NCBI GenBank assembly: GCA_030704615.1
Contig: CM060731.1
Location: 11,470,001 to 11,534,000, forward strand
Source: Takakia lepidozioides
Lineage: Eukaryota; Plantae; Bryophyta
Direction: 5' to 3'
DNA length: 64,000 nucleotides
Below, in pieces: positions 49,675 through 61,700 of the stretch. The notes beneath the pieces are model-generated. The model did no database searches. It had not been told where the DNA came from and worked only from the letters and a program-made list of their open reading frames with translations. The stretch's first letter is position 1, and every line of letters starts with the position of its first letter. The position numbers and the translations under genes are program-made.

Positions 49675-50287
49675 GGTGGTTCAATTAATATCAATGAATT
49701 TACACCCAACTAAGGGATAACTTATGTGAATAATGAGAGGACGATATATTTACTGCTTCTCCTTCTATGAGGGCATTGTCATCGGAAGGATTTGTAGCGA
49801 GCCGTGGTGCGATGCTCAATTGTTGTGCGAAGGGTTGGGATTCTTGTTTCCTCTTTGTGTTGTTGTGGATCTATTGGTTTTTCACTTTATTTCTCTCTGG
49901 GGTCGAGCTTCTAACTTTAGTTTTTGTTCTTGTAGGTTCTGAAGCATTTGCTGATGCATAGTCCTCCAGAACAAGCTCTGATTCTGTTGCCTCGCTGCTC
50001 TCAAGTGTGAGTGGATTTGAGGGCGTCTCATTAGGTGTGGAAGTGTCTGCATACTAGGCAGAAAAGGGGGTTCAACTCCCCCTAACTTCTTGGGCATATA
50101 TATATAGATACAATGAAATACTGAGACGTGACATGATAGCTTCGACAACACTCCGCCATTCTTCTTCCGAAAACCAATGAAATATGGGATGGATGTATGT
50201 AACACCATGGGGATGACCCACCCCTTTTTGTGAAAATTGAATGTAGTTCTCAGAATTCGTCGCTAGTAGTGCGGGGCATCGTGAAGC

Positions 50288-50795
50288 CCTAGTTCTAGCG
50301 ACGACCGAAGGTCGGAAGCTAGTTTAGCGTAGAGCACGAATAGGGTGCCATAGTGCCTCCTCGTCGTCGCCACGTTTTGTAGCCATGTCATCACCGTCGT
50401 CAAATGTTTTATATCTGCCCGGATTGCCCAAAAGTAACTGTCTTGCAGCGCGGGGAAGGGACGACGATGCCCTGCGTCCTTGAGCGCGGAGGGGTTTCAC
50501 ACACCGGTCGATCCTGGTGGATGCTGCACAACCGTTTTCACAGAATATAACAGAGACGAGGATAAGCTCTGAAATGAAGAGTATTAGCAGTTAGCACCAC
50601 GATTTGGTATTCTTCATGATGTTTACAAGGTTCTTGGGAGAGTCGGCTTGGTCTTAGCAGGCCGTGTTTCAATCTCTTCCTGCTCAGCTGGACCGTGGTG
50701 GTTCTCACTGACCAATCCGACATTACCTGACTACAGACTCAACACACAAGTTCTTTTTGGGTTGATGGTCGGTCAAATCCTCCATGGGTCATGAG
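50288..50795 (+). repeat. Dispersed repeat A (paralogue of 20835-21290, inverted)
   Basis: See 20835-21290. Confidence 0.85.
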
Positions 50796-50983
50796 ACAAG
50801 GTCAAGCACAATGTGGTGAGGGCACCTTCTTCTTCCACCTATTTCTGCCTGTTTTTCCCTCTCATCAGACGCATATTGAATTCTGTAAGTTAGCTCGTTG
50901 GGTGGATCTGTGGTGGTTTGGAGTGACTCCTGACAAGTTACTGCCAATGTGGCAGCAGGAAAGTATCCAAAAACAGATAACAG

Positions 50984-51052
50984 AGATGAGGAGAAGCTTT
51001 GGAATGAATACTTTCCCGACCCAGTCAATGGTGGGACAATGGAGACAAAAAG
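50984..51052 (+). pseudogene. OSB-type PDF-motif fragment
   Basis: DEEKLWNEYFPDP/(frameshift)SQWWDNGDKK followed by a gt donor; resembles the LWxxFFxNPxxWWDNRxxK motif of organellar ssDNA-binding OSB proteins. Confidence 0.55.
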
Positions 51053-51789
51053 GTGAATGCTTGTCGTCATCGAACTGTGAAAGAAGCGTGGAGTTCATTT
51101 TCAGAACATTGTCCCTCATCTTCTCAATGCGACTGTACAGGTCAGGAGCAGACCTCATTCTGGTATGGCTCATTGGCCTTGTCATTGAAATGTTTGAAAT
51201 TGTCAAACATACTCTAGCCACTTACTGCATCTATCCAAATGCTTTTGTCTCGAGTATGCTGAAGGTGTCAGTAATTGAGACAGAAAGGTTAATGTTATCA
51301 GGACTGTCTCCAGTCCATTGACCACCAAGTGCCTGCCCTGCTTCACAGAGTCCATGGACAACACCAAGTGATGAGTGAAGCCTTAATGTAGTGGAATCTG
51401 AAGCCTAATCGGAGGTTACCCTATTACCCAGTGGCAACGTTGATGGAGAAAATCTTGTGCCCAGTGTACAGTGGGTAATGATCTTACAGAGCTCCCTTCC
51501 TACTGATTGTTCTTATAGTGACTGTCAATCGAAGTTTTGGTTGCTTTTAGACCTATAATTTTCGGTGGTTAGTTTATGACGTCTTACAACTTCATGATTT
51601 ACATTTTTGGCAGGTCGTTGTGTGTGAGAGAGTTATTGAGATGCACTCATTTCATGTTGATGATGAGATCCTGTTGAAAGCATACTCGTAATCGTGGTGG
51701 ATGTTGATTCCTAAACACAAGAGTGCGGGAGGGAGTGTTTCAGAGAATGAGGAGGTTATTTAAGACTTGTTCTCGGTGGTTTCGAGCAG

Positions 51790-52359
51790 AAGACAGAGTA
51801 GTTCAGATCTCAGAAGAAAGAGATCACAGTGTGGAGAGTTTAGGGGCACATGTGAAAACAGTGATTGGGCCCACGTGGAAGGATATCCTTTGTGGAGAAG
51901 ACAAGGCTGGAGTGGCAAGTGAAGCTGGCAGCCCAGTTGTTCTGGTCCTCTGCAGCTCTGCTATATGATGTGTTGAGCTTCTGAGGTGAGATATATATTT
52001 ATATATATGTGTATATATCACACTCTGGGGTTAAGTCGCTGAGGCATTTTCTGTTTGTTCTAATTTGTCACTTTTAATTTGCTTGTTTGTTCCAACAACG
52101 TGAATTCTTGCCCCATGGGCTAGAGTTTCAAGGCAAAAGAGCCCTGTTTTAGGGAAATCTGACATGGCTTAATCCGTCCATGACGAGCACAAAGCACCAC
52201 ATTCAATAAGTTTTCTTGAAGGGGTGATGATGGTGAAAGTGGGTTTGTGGCAGCTGACAGGGAGACTCCTGTGGTTTTATGAGCAGGGGATTGAAGGTGT
52301 TCACAGGCAAGTGTAAACCTGTCTAGCTATTTGCCAAGCATATCAAGGTGGAGGAGCAG
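51790..52359 (+). pseudogene. CMSS1: CMSS1/Cms1 gene fragment, two exons with intron retained
   Basis: LGAHVKTVIGPTWKDILCG..GSPVVLVLCSSAI*CVELLR|GLKVFTGKCKPV*LFAKHIKVEEQ; GT-AG intron 51986-52286; two in-frame stops. Confidence 0.75.
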
Positions 52360-52759
52360 GTGCATAGAACATCACTTGAGAGCTCGACAATGGATACTGT
52401 GGTGCTGGCTTTGTGTTCTAGTCTGATTGTTGATCAAGATTAGTGGCAATTCTACATCCTTCAAATTTCTGAGTTACTTACTGCGTTCCTAGAGCCACAC
52501 ATATGTACCAGATTTTGGATTGCTGAACTCCTGCAAGCACAGCCTCAAAGAGCTGACAGGATGTGAGAAATCTGTTGGAGGCCACACTGGTGGATATGCC
52601 AAGTCACGTGTGCAACATTTTCAGTTTTATAACCATGTGTAGCAGTAATCAGCTTCAAATTCTCCTTGCAGCTGATACCTGGCAGCCTTAGTAGAAGTTG
52701 ATTTTCACCTGGGGTTCACGTATGGATTTTTCTGTGCTTTTCAGGTGACTGCCTTAGAA

Positions 52760-53351
52760 GAGCGCGTCAATATTGCTGCAGGGACGCCAAACAGGTCTTT
52801 GGATATACATTGCAGCAACCTGTTGTGAATTCTGTCTTTTTCTCAAGTCCATGATTGCAGGATATGCGGCGAATGGGTGGGGGTAAGGAGGCTGTCAACA
52901 TGTATGACCAAATGATACAGACAGGGGTGACCCCCCATGAGGTCACGTACATTTGTGTTCCCAAGGCCTGTGCCAGCCTGGGAGCTCTTGAAAAAGGCAG
53001 AGGTACATGCTGACGTCCTCAAAGCTGGGATTGTGCCATGCTGGGATTATATCCTAAAGACTGCCCTTCTCAACATGTATGCCAATGCAGGAGCTTAAAG
53101 AGTGCACGTCAAGTGTTCAACGATATGGCTCAACGATATGTCAACACATGGTCTCATGGAGCACCATGATGGCAGGATATGCCCAGCATGGGTGTGGTCG
53201 GGAGGCCCTCGGACTATTTGAACAAATGCAACAGGAAGGGTTGAAACCGGACAGTATCACCTTTCTCTGTCTTCTCTCTGCTTGTAGCCAGGTTGGCCTG
53301 GTGGATGAAGGCCGCCACTACTTCGATTGCATGAGTCAAGAGCCTTACTGA
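52760..53351 (+). pseudogene. PLS-class PPR gene fragment
   Basis: DAKQVF..GKEAVNMYDQMIQTGVTPHEVTYICVPKACASLGALEKGR/VHADVLKAG..VSWSTMMAGYAQHGCGREALGLFEQMQQEGLKPDSITFLCLLSACSQVGLVDEGRHYF, with frameshifts and truncation. Confidence 0.88.
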
Positions 53352-53401
53352 AAACAGATATCAATATCAAGACAATTATTTTTTATCAAGGCGATCATTC
53401 T

Positions 53402-53495
53402 CCAGCATGTACCACATGGGCTCATACCTGCCACACCAGATAATGTTCCTAGCAGTCAAACAACCGACTGAATTCATTGCATGTTGGGCATCAAA
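53402..53495 (+). repeat. Dispersed repeat B
   Basis: Inverted match to 23065-23155. Confidence 0.85.
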
Positions 53496-53890
53496 AACTC
53501 AAGGCAAGATATGGTGCTCCTCTCCCCAATGCTCAAGATATCCTGGAATTCTATCGCTTAACATTGTATGCCTGCCTTGCTAGATTGGCCCGCTCTGAAC
53601 CAAGGTCTGGTACTCTGACATTGCAAGGAAGTTCTACAAAGGATGTTAAATCACGTGATGTCTTGGTCAAGATAGAATTCAGATGTACAAGCTTGTTAAA
53701 CTACTCCAATCCGTGGTTAACTGCATGCTTATTTGCCCTTGAATCGCTACAGAAATCACCCTAACGGCTCTTTGGACTTGTTCCCTGATAGATTCTATAC
53801 TGATTTACATGATTGGACTTGGTCTGAGAGGAAGTTAGAGTGATTGATTCGTCAAGTGTTTCCTGGTTGATTTTTCAGAAGGCGGAAATT

Positions 53891-54150
53891 GGCGAAAAAG
53901 ATCAAGAGTAACTGGGTTGTGAAGATGCTCTTTCGCAAAACAAACGACAAAGAAAATTGGTTCTCTTAACCCGAGTTACACATTACACACCATGCAATGA
54001 AGGAAACAGATATAAAACCCCAGTTCGCTGTACGTATTGGATGTCAGGGAATGTCAGGGATTCTCTCCGACCAGGGAAAGACCCATCACAGGACATTTAA
54101 CTTGGAGCAGCACAATATGAGAAGCTGATTTCAGATTATTAGTGCCAAAT
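53891..54150 (+). repeat. Dispersed repeat C
   Basis: Direct match to 27565-27793. Confidence 0.85.
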
Positions 54151-54164
54151 AAGATGACGCAGAA

Positions 54165-55240
54165 AGACCTAAAATGAATGACTTTTGTTTTGGACGATTA
54201 ATTTTTGCAAAACCGACTGGCCGAAAATCTTGCTGAAAATTGAAAGCTCAAGTCTGTAAAACTGAAATGGGAAGTCTGTATAACTGAATGAAAATCTTGC
54301 TGAAAACTGAAAATTGAAGTCTGTAAAACTGAAATTTGTAGTCTGTATTGTAGAAAATCCCTGTAACCTGCAAACCTGAAAATCAACAAAAATGTTAGAG
54401 ATGACAAGAAAATGTACTTGCAAATAAATGTAAAGAGAAGAGTACTTTGAAAATACAAAGAGGTAATTACTTGGGTAGCTATGCCGTGTCTTCCATGGGC
54501 TATGTGGGCATTATGCAATCGTTGTAAAGCGGCACATTTGTCGGCATCCAGAACAAGAGCAAAAATGGTGCAAGGAAGTCTGACCGTAGGTCACCACCCT
54601 GAGTTGCTCCATTTTTTTTGAAAAGTGCATATGTAGCAGCTCCCTTACGAAACTGTCGGATTAATCGCTCATATTCTACATAAAATGCTGGCACAAAACT
54701 GAAATCTTTGCGAGAAAGTGCTCACGGTGTCTTTGTAAAAGAAGTAAAAATGGTGGTACTATCTCACAAGGGTGTCATAATCTTAAAACCGAATAAATAT
54801 GATGTAAATCTCACAAGGGAGTTGTACTCTTAATACAGAATAAATATGACCTAAATATGACCTAAGTGAAAGACCCAAAAATGAACGACCCCAAGTGTTT
54901 TCCTCTAGGGTAGGCTATTCATGTTCTTTTTCCTAATTTCTGGAAAAACGAACGAATTTGGGGCGTGCAAAGGTTTAATGCCAAAATCATTACCACCCAA
55001 GATCAATGCTCTATACCCTCAAGTGAGTGCCAATCATTGAATAACAAATCATTCTAAAATTTGTATGCTATAAGTTTAATTTTCTTTTTCATGAAACTAA
55101 TGCTTAAATGCAGCAAAAGCATCATTGAATAAGAGAGTCTATAAATCATAACTTTTGTTCCTAAAATAAAAGACCTAAGAACTTTGTTCTACTAAGATTT
55201 GACCCCCAAATCAATGACACATAATGTATTAACTAGTGGA
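54165..55240. repeat. AT-rich low-complexity segment, probably a non-autonomous TE remnant
   Basis: Repeated aaaactgaaat, gaaaatcttgctgaaaa, aagtctgta, gaataaatatga and aagacc(t/c)aaaa motifs. Confidence 0.4.
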
Positions 55241-55782
55241 AGTACATATTGCAAGCTCACGTGTAGGTATTATCTGGTGTAAGTAGATTTGAATATGGGT
55301 GTTTTCTGGTGCAGGTGTTAGCTAGTGCAGGTATTATCTGGTGTAGGATCGTCTTGGCTCTCGATGCGTGGTCTCCTCTTGAGGGAGGAGCCAATAAATT
55401 TAGAGCTTCAAAACCATTCAAGCCATTTTCCCGCCAGTTTTCCGAAATCCCGCCACAAAGGATTTGTCCGAGAAATGAAGAATGCTTCCATCTTGTAGCA
55501 GGCTATCCAATTTGGGTTTTGAGAATCCCGGACGAGAGACAAGACGCCTGCCTGAGAGGCAAAATGCAGAGGAGCGCAGGTTTCTCATGTGCGAAGCTGA
55601 GAGAGGTTTTGTATGGGATGTCCACTACCTCTAGCCCGTCTAGATTTTAGACAGCTGCAAAATGAGGAAGGATGCAGAAGAGATGGGTTTTAAGGTAGAG
55701 CGATGACCGATTTTGCTCGGAAGGAAGGCTTGCTACGGAGTCAGAGATTTTACACAAGGTTGCAGACCCCAAGCCAGCACGG

Positions 55783-58700
55783 ATGGAGGGGAAAATGCAC
55801 CCAGACAAGGAGAATTTGAATTCTATACAGAGGGTCACACGATCAGGAAAGAGATGTTTTGGAGAGAATCTTATCCCTGACGCCCTGGCGCCGTCAAAGA
55901 AGCTGAGTAAGTATGTAGACACTGAGGGTGCGAGTGATGGCCGGGAGCCGCTGAAGAGGTTGCCCACTCAGAGAGCAACCTTGCTTGCATGTCAACCACC
56001 AAGTAAAGCCATCACGACTTCAAATATTCAAAGTATGGGAGAGACTAACAACCGGAAGCCACTCGTGACTCTCAAGAAATTTCCTCTAACAGGTAGAGGC
56101 TCTTTGAATCAGCTTCCTTATCCAGCCAATACTGAAAAGCAGGCTGGTGATTCCAGACGGAGTGCTAATGTGGATTATTTGCAGCTCACATCTCCTTTGA
56201 GTTTACCTCTAGGCTTCACAATTAAGGTGCAAAGACAGGGCAGGCAGAATGACGAAGGAGAAATGGAAAATGTAGAGCCTGTCTGTGCTGGATTCTTTGC
56301 CAGCTCAGCCCCTTCAAGTCTGATGAGGATGGGCTCAAAAACAGAATGTCGCATTGGTGCTGCTCCCGTTACACCTTATCAAGAGAGTGCCGAGGTTCAT
56401 ACCGAGGGTGATGATATTCTTAGTTCTCCAGAAACAAAGAGAAGGAAGGTCCTTAGGGCTAAAGCTCCTTCAAATAGGAAAAACGTAGTGTTGCCTGCTG
56501 TTACTGGAGATATTCAGCCAAATACCCGGCAGACAGAGGCGGGAAGGGAATTGCCTGAAGGAGTGAGTGACAAAGGAGGGGAAGCCTCGAGAACAACATG
56601 TTCAGCGAAGTCAAAAGGTCCTGAAGAATGGGAAGAGACTTCGTGGTCGCATCCCAAGGCTCTTCGAAAAAGTGCACCACGGAACAAACAAAAGAGCACT
56701 GCAACCAACTCTCGTCCCGGCAGTGCAAGTCTGCAGGTTGGTTTAGTGTCTCTCTTCACATGAGGGAATAATGGTGATCCAATTAGATGTCAAAAAGGTA
56801 ATTGAGGATGCTATGCGTGTAGTCTTCCACAGTTGCGCCTTGTCCATTTCCGCAGAACCGAAGCGCAGTCCTTTCAGAGCTGGAAGCTGGAGTCATGCTA
56901 TCAACTGCTTTCTGAGACTCTGTTAAACGTTTTTTCAATCTTGGTGATACATAGAAGGTGATTATGTGCCGTAAGTAGTTTCCCTTCCTAGTTTTGAATC
57001 GGTTATACAAGGGTGCACCCCATCTGAGACTTGTTCGCATTGATTCCTGACTGCAGAAGACAAGTTACCTACCTCAGCGGAGGGGTCGAGAAAGGGACAA
57101 CTTTGTGAAGCTTAACATAAATGGGAAGGGTGGGCGGAGAGGCAAATTCATCAACGGTACCCGCACCCGAAGGCCCAGTGTTTATGGAAGGCGAGGGCTT
57201 CGTGGCAAGAAGTTCAAACGGCATGGAAAGTTTGATATGGGGGCTGATCAGGAGGACCAAACAGCAGTCCCTGGCGAGGACATCGATGCTGATGAATGCA
57301 ACCTCAAAGTCCCAAAGAAGCGGTCTTCTAAATCTAGTGGTGCTGCTCCCCCGAGTTCTGGGCCTTCATTATGGGTTGATGATGGCTGGCATGATGAGAA
57401 TCTTGCCTCAGACTCCATAGCCAATCCTGATGTGGAAACCTTGGAGAGAAATGCAATTGAGGGTGCTAGCCTGAAAGAAGCTGCATCAAGGGCTCTGCAG
57501 GACCCTTGTGAAGAGAACTTAATGGGCATTCTGCATTCTGTGTTTGGCTTTAATTCTTTCCGCAAGGGGCAGGTTGATGCTATCCGCAGGGTGCTGGCCC
57601 TCCAGTCTACCATGCTGATATTGCCCACTGGTGCGGGCAAATCTCTTTGCTATCAGGTGGGCCTTCCTCTTGGTGGCTAATCCAATGCACTTGGGACTTC
57701 CATTGTGAAGAAGGGTTGACTTGATGATGCCTCAATGGTCAACAGATGTTTTTGTGGATTGTACCTTGCTAATGACTCTAATGCCTCTTCTTGCCATAGC
57801 TTCTCCTGAGGACACATTTGCCTTCTTTGCAGAGAAGCTCATTAGGCAGGTGATGATGTTTACTCCACTACTCTGGATCCTGTATTTCTACACTGATGTG
57901 TCTAATCAACCAATTTGCATCGCAGCTGCCTGCATATCTTTTACCAGGAATTACTCTGGTGATCAGTCCTTTGGTGGCATTGATGGAAGATCAGCTTCAG
58001 GGCCTTCCACAGCTTCTACTGGGGGCCCTTATCAACAGCACCCAGGTAGAGTAGTGCAAACTTCTAGCTCACTGTCAGCCCTTCGCCTACTGCATACTTT
58101 TCTCTGATGATTTTCTGTTTAAACCTTCTTTCATGTTTTTACTGTAGTGCTCTGACCATAGGTAATTTAATGGCACGATAAATGTTTACCCAGTATACTC
58201 TAGTTTTCATTTTGTGTGCTAGACGTTTGCCATCTACTGACATCTATATATTAAGCAAGGCAGTTTGTTTTGTTTTGTTTCGTTTCGTCACTGAGATCTC
58301 CCATACTGCAAGGCCTCCGCCCGGGTTCCTAATACCGCTGGGAAGCCCTCGATGAGTAGAGGTGCATCAGGGTGGTTTCTTAAATTTTGGACCTATGGTG
58401 GGGGCCAAGTGTTTTTTTGTCACTGGAAATTCATGAAAAATAGCAAAAGACCTCTTTTTATAGTTGAGTATGTGCTCAATGCCACAGGCCAGACTAGTAG
58501 CTGGTATACCAGAAGGGCCTTCGCAGGTTATATTTGTCTCATGCCCTAGATACGTTGAGATATTACTGTGTTGCCTTTACGTGTGAGGACACTGAATATT
58601 GTCATGACACAATGTGTAGATGACGGTTCACTCTTGAAGTTGCTGAAGGGAGTGTTAATAGCACCATCAACAGATCTGCAGCCAGTTCCATTTAGACTTA

Positions 58701-61700
58701 TGTTGACTCACATATTGAATAGTTTCTTGGGCTCATGAATCCTGAGATTTCCTTTTCACTCTGAGGGGGTTTTCTGCAAAATCCTTGCAGGCTCCATGAT
58801 CAAGTTGACCCTGGTTAGCCAGATGTAGACTAGATAAAGGCAACCACAGTATGGCCTGATTTTCTCTTGTGCCAAAGTCCCACTTGGCTGCCAACATTGT
58901 CACCAAGTGTCACAAATGTTATAATCTCAAGGGATTGCATTGCAGAACCCAGCTGAGAGCAGTGCTGTAATGGGGCGATTGCGAGCTGGCCAAATCAAGG
59001 TTTGCCTTCAACGTACAATGTAACTATTACTTTTTTTTATCCTAGACTTGAACTCCACGCCTTGTTCAAGGCTCCTCCCTGTGAATCAAAAACTTGCAGC
59101 ACTAGGAGCATGTTGCTGAACACCCCATTCATGTTTAAAGATTTTTTCACCTGCCAGTCTTGTTAAGCCAGCCAAAACACTGTTGAATCAAGGCTGATCA
59201 TTTCAAAAGAAAGAATCAATCTAGAAAACCCTCAGAATTTCTCAGCAGCTTACAGTAAACAACTGACTGTATAATACTGCGAAAATAAACTATGTGTACA
59301 CCAGGCTCTCTGCTGCTATTCAATACATTGAAACCACTTTGGGTGTCTGCTGTTAGGCGTCAGTGCAAGGCACAAATGGTCTATTTTCCTTAGAAAATCC
59401 TTTCCATGCATCAGAAGTGTCGCATACCAAGCTACATTCAGTAATCCACACTGTTGTTGGCAAGAAAAAAAATGTTATCGGTTATGTCCGTGGCTTCTGA
59501 GGGAAGCCATACTATTGAGTGACGGTATATCCATTGACCATGTTCTTATCATGATTGGTACAATGTACAATGAATACACTAAAGCTGTCATCCTTGTAAC
59601 ACAAATTAAACCTTGGAAGGAATCATTCTTATACGGGATACATATGTATGATGTGTACAGCTAAGTGCTGTCTGGCTGAGGTGACTGTAAAAATATAACA
59701 AACTTAAACAATACATGATAGAGCTAGTTGATAGACAGATTTGGGCTTGGCTGTATACTTCTGCTAAAAGATTTGCATAATGCAGGTACTTTTTATCTCT
59801 CCTGAGCGGCTGTTCAGTGACAGCTTTCTTTCAGCTATGGATGGTCTTCCCCAGATCTCTCTGGCTGTTGTTGATGAAGCTCACTGCCTCTCAGAATGGT
59901 GGGTCTTCATACGTAGTCAGACATTTAATTTGCATAGGAAATTCACCAGTGAATCTAGAAGTTCCAAAGTTCAATTGGATACAAATAATCTGCTGGATGG
60001 TGTGTGTGCAACAAGAAGAGACAAGGCCACAACAAGAGAAATGCAACACCTCAGAATCTCCTTCTTGGTGGGAAACTAGCTCTGAACCGGCAGCCACCAG
60101 ATCGAACGTTCAGAGAAGCACAGCGTGAACTAGAAGTTAACTCTCTCCTGTCATTTCTTTCAGGTCACACAACTTCCGACCATCATATTACAGGCTTGGC
60201 AGTATTCTGCAACGTCGAATGAAAGTGCAGTGTATACTGGCCATGACTGCAACTGCAACCAGGGAGACAGAGCGCTCCATCTTGTGCTCCTTGTCCATTC
60301 CTCCTCTAGGGGTTGTGCAGGCATCTCATGTGCGGCAAAATCTCACTCTCTCTGTCTCACGTCCTTCAATTAGGTAGGTACTCCCCACCTGCTTTTCTGT
60401 GTACATATTTGTGAACCTCTTTAACTCCTTCCTTCGACTAAATCTCTCCTCAGTGTTGAGGTAGGCTTTAGATGGCATTGGTCCATCTTGGATTTGAAAG
60501 GAAACTGCAGGTTGGCTTTCTACATTTTCTTAGGACTAGGCGGAACAAGACGTGTGATCTAGTTTTGTTGCTTCCATTTACACAATGTCTCACTTTGCCC
60601 TTGCTTGCTTGACTTGTCTGCAAGCCTTGCTATGTTGCTGGCAGGGTTCTCTGAATTTGTCACAATTCAGGTCTGGCCATTCTCTATGAATTGGGCACTG
60701 CTAAATGTGTCCAAGAACTGCGCAGGGATTGTCATCTGTCTTAGTTCTGTGCTTTCTAAGTATGGTATGTGCCTACAGTTGACCTAAGAAAATCCGTCCA
60801 CTTGACTGAACCGAAGTGCCCAAACAACAGCAAGAAGCCACACTGTTAGAATATAGGGGCAGGCTATCCAAGTTTAGAGGGTAACAGAGTAACAGAGGGA
60901 GAGAGAGCTTCTACAGTCTGGTTTAGGGGTAACCATGCAAATCAAATTTTGTCGTTTTCTGCAGGCGAAAGGATTTGCTCTCATTACTGCAGTCCAGTGC
61001 CTTCTCAGCTGCTAGGAGTATCATCATCTACTGCACTTATCAGGTTTGATGGGCGTGTTTTCTCTTGATAGGGTGTTTCACAAAGAAGCTGTGAGAGATT
61101 TTAATGCCTGTTGCCTCCGACAAACATAAATCAGCTTCTAGGACAATTTTGCTGCAGCTGAGTGAACTCATATCTCTGTAACATTGCCTCAGTTCTTTTC
61201 AACCATCTTGTGCTGTACTTACCTTCAGCATTACTTATTTTGATTGTGCAGCTGGAAGCAGATGACATTAGCCGGTATCTCCAAGAGAACAACATCTCTG
61301 CCAAGGTTATCTTCCTCCCAACTCACTCAGGTCCATTCAGTTTTGAAACTCTTCAATGTCAGGTGGCCTCTTAATATTGGGATATGCAGCCTTTCTGCTT
61401 TGTGAGCTCTTGAAATACTGTGGTCAGTGGGTTGGGGATACAGAGCTACCACAGCGGCAAGACAGGTTCTGATAGACATCGTATCTACCAGCTTTTCAGT
61501 TGCAATAAGCTCCGTGTGGTGAGTATTTGCCTCATGTGACTGCAGAGTTCATGTCCTTCACTTGGAACGGAAATAGCTCAAGTTGATGCTATCAGAATGA
61601 TGGGAGCCCACCACCTAGAAATAATTGTTAGGAATGTAGAAGTTGTAAGCATGTGATTTGTTGTCCTGTATTATGTTTGCTGCTTCTCCAAAGTTCCATC

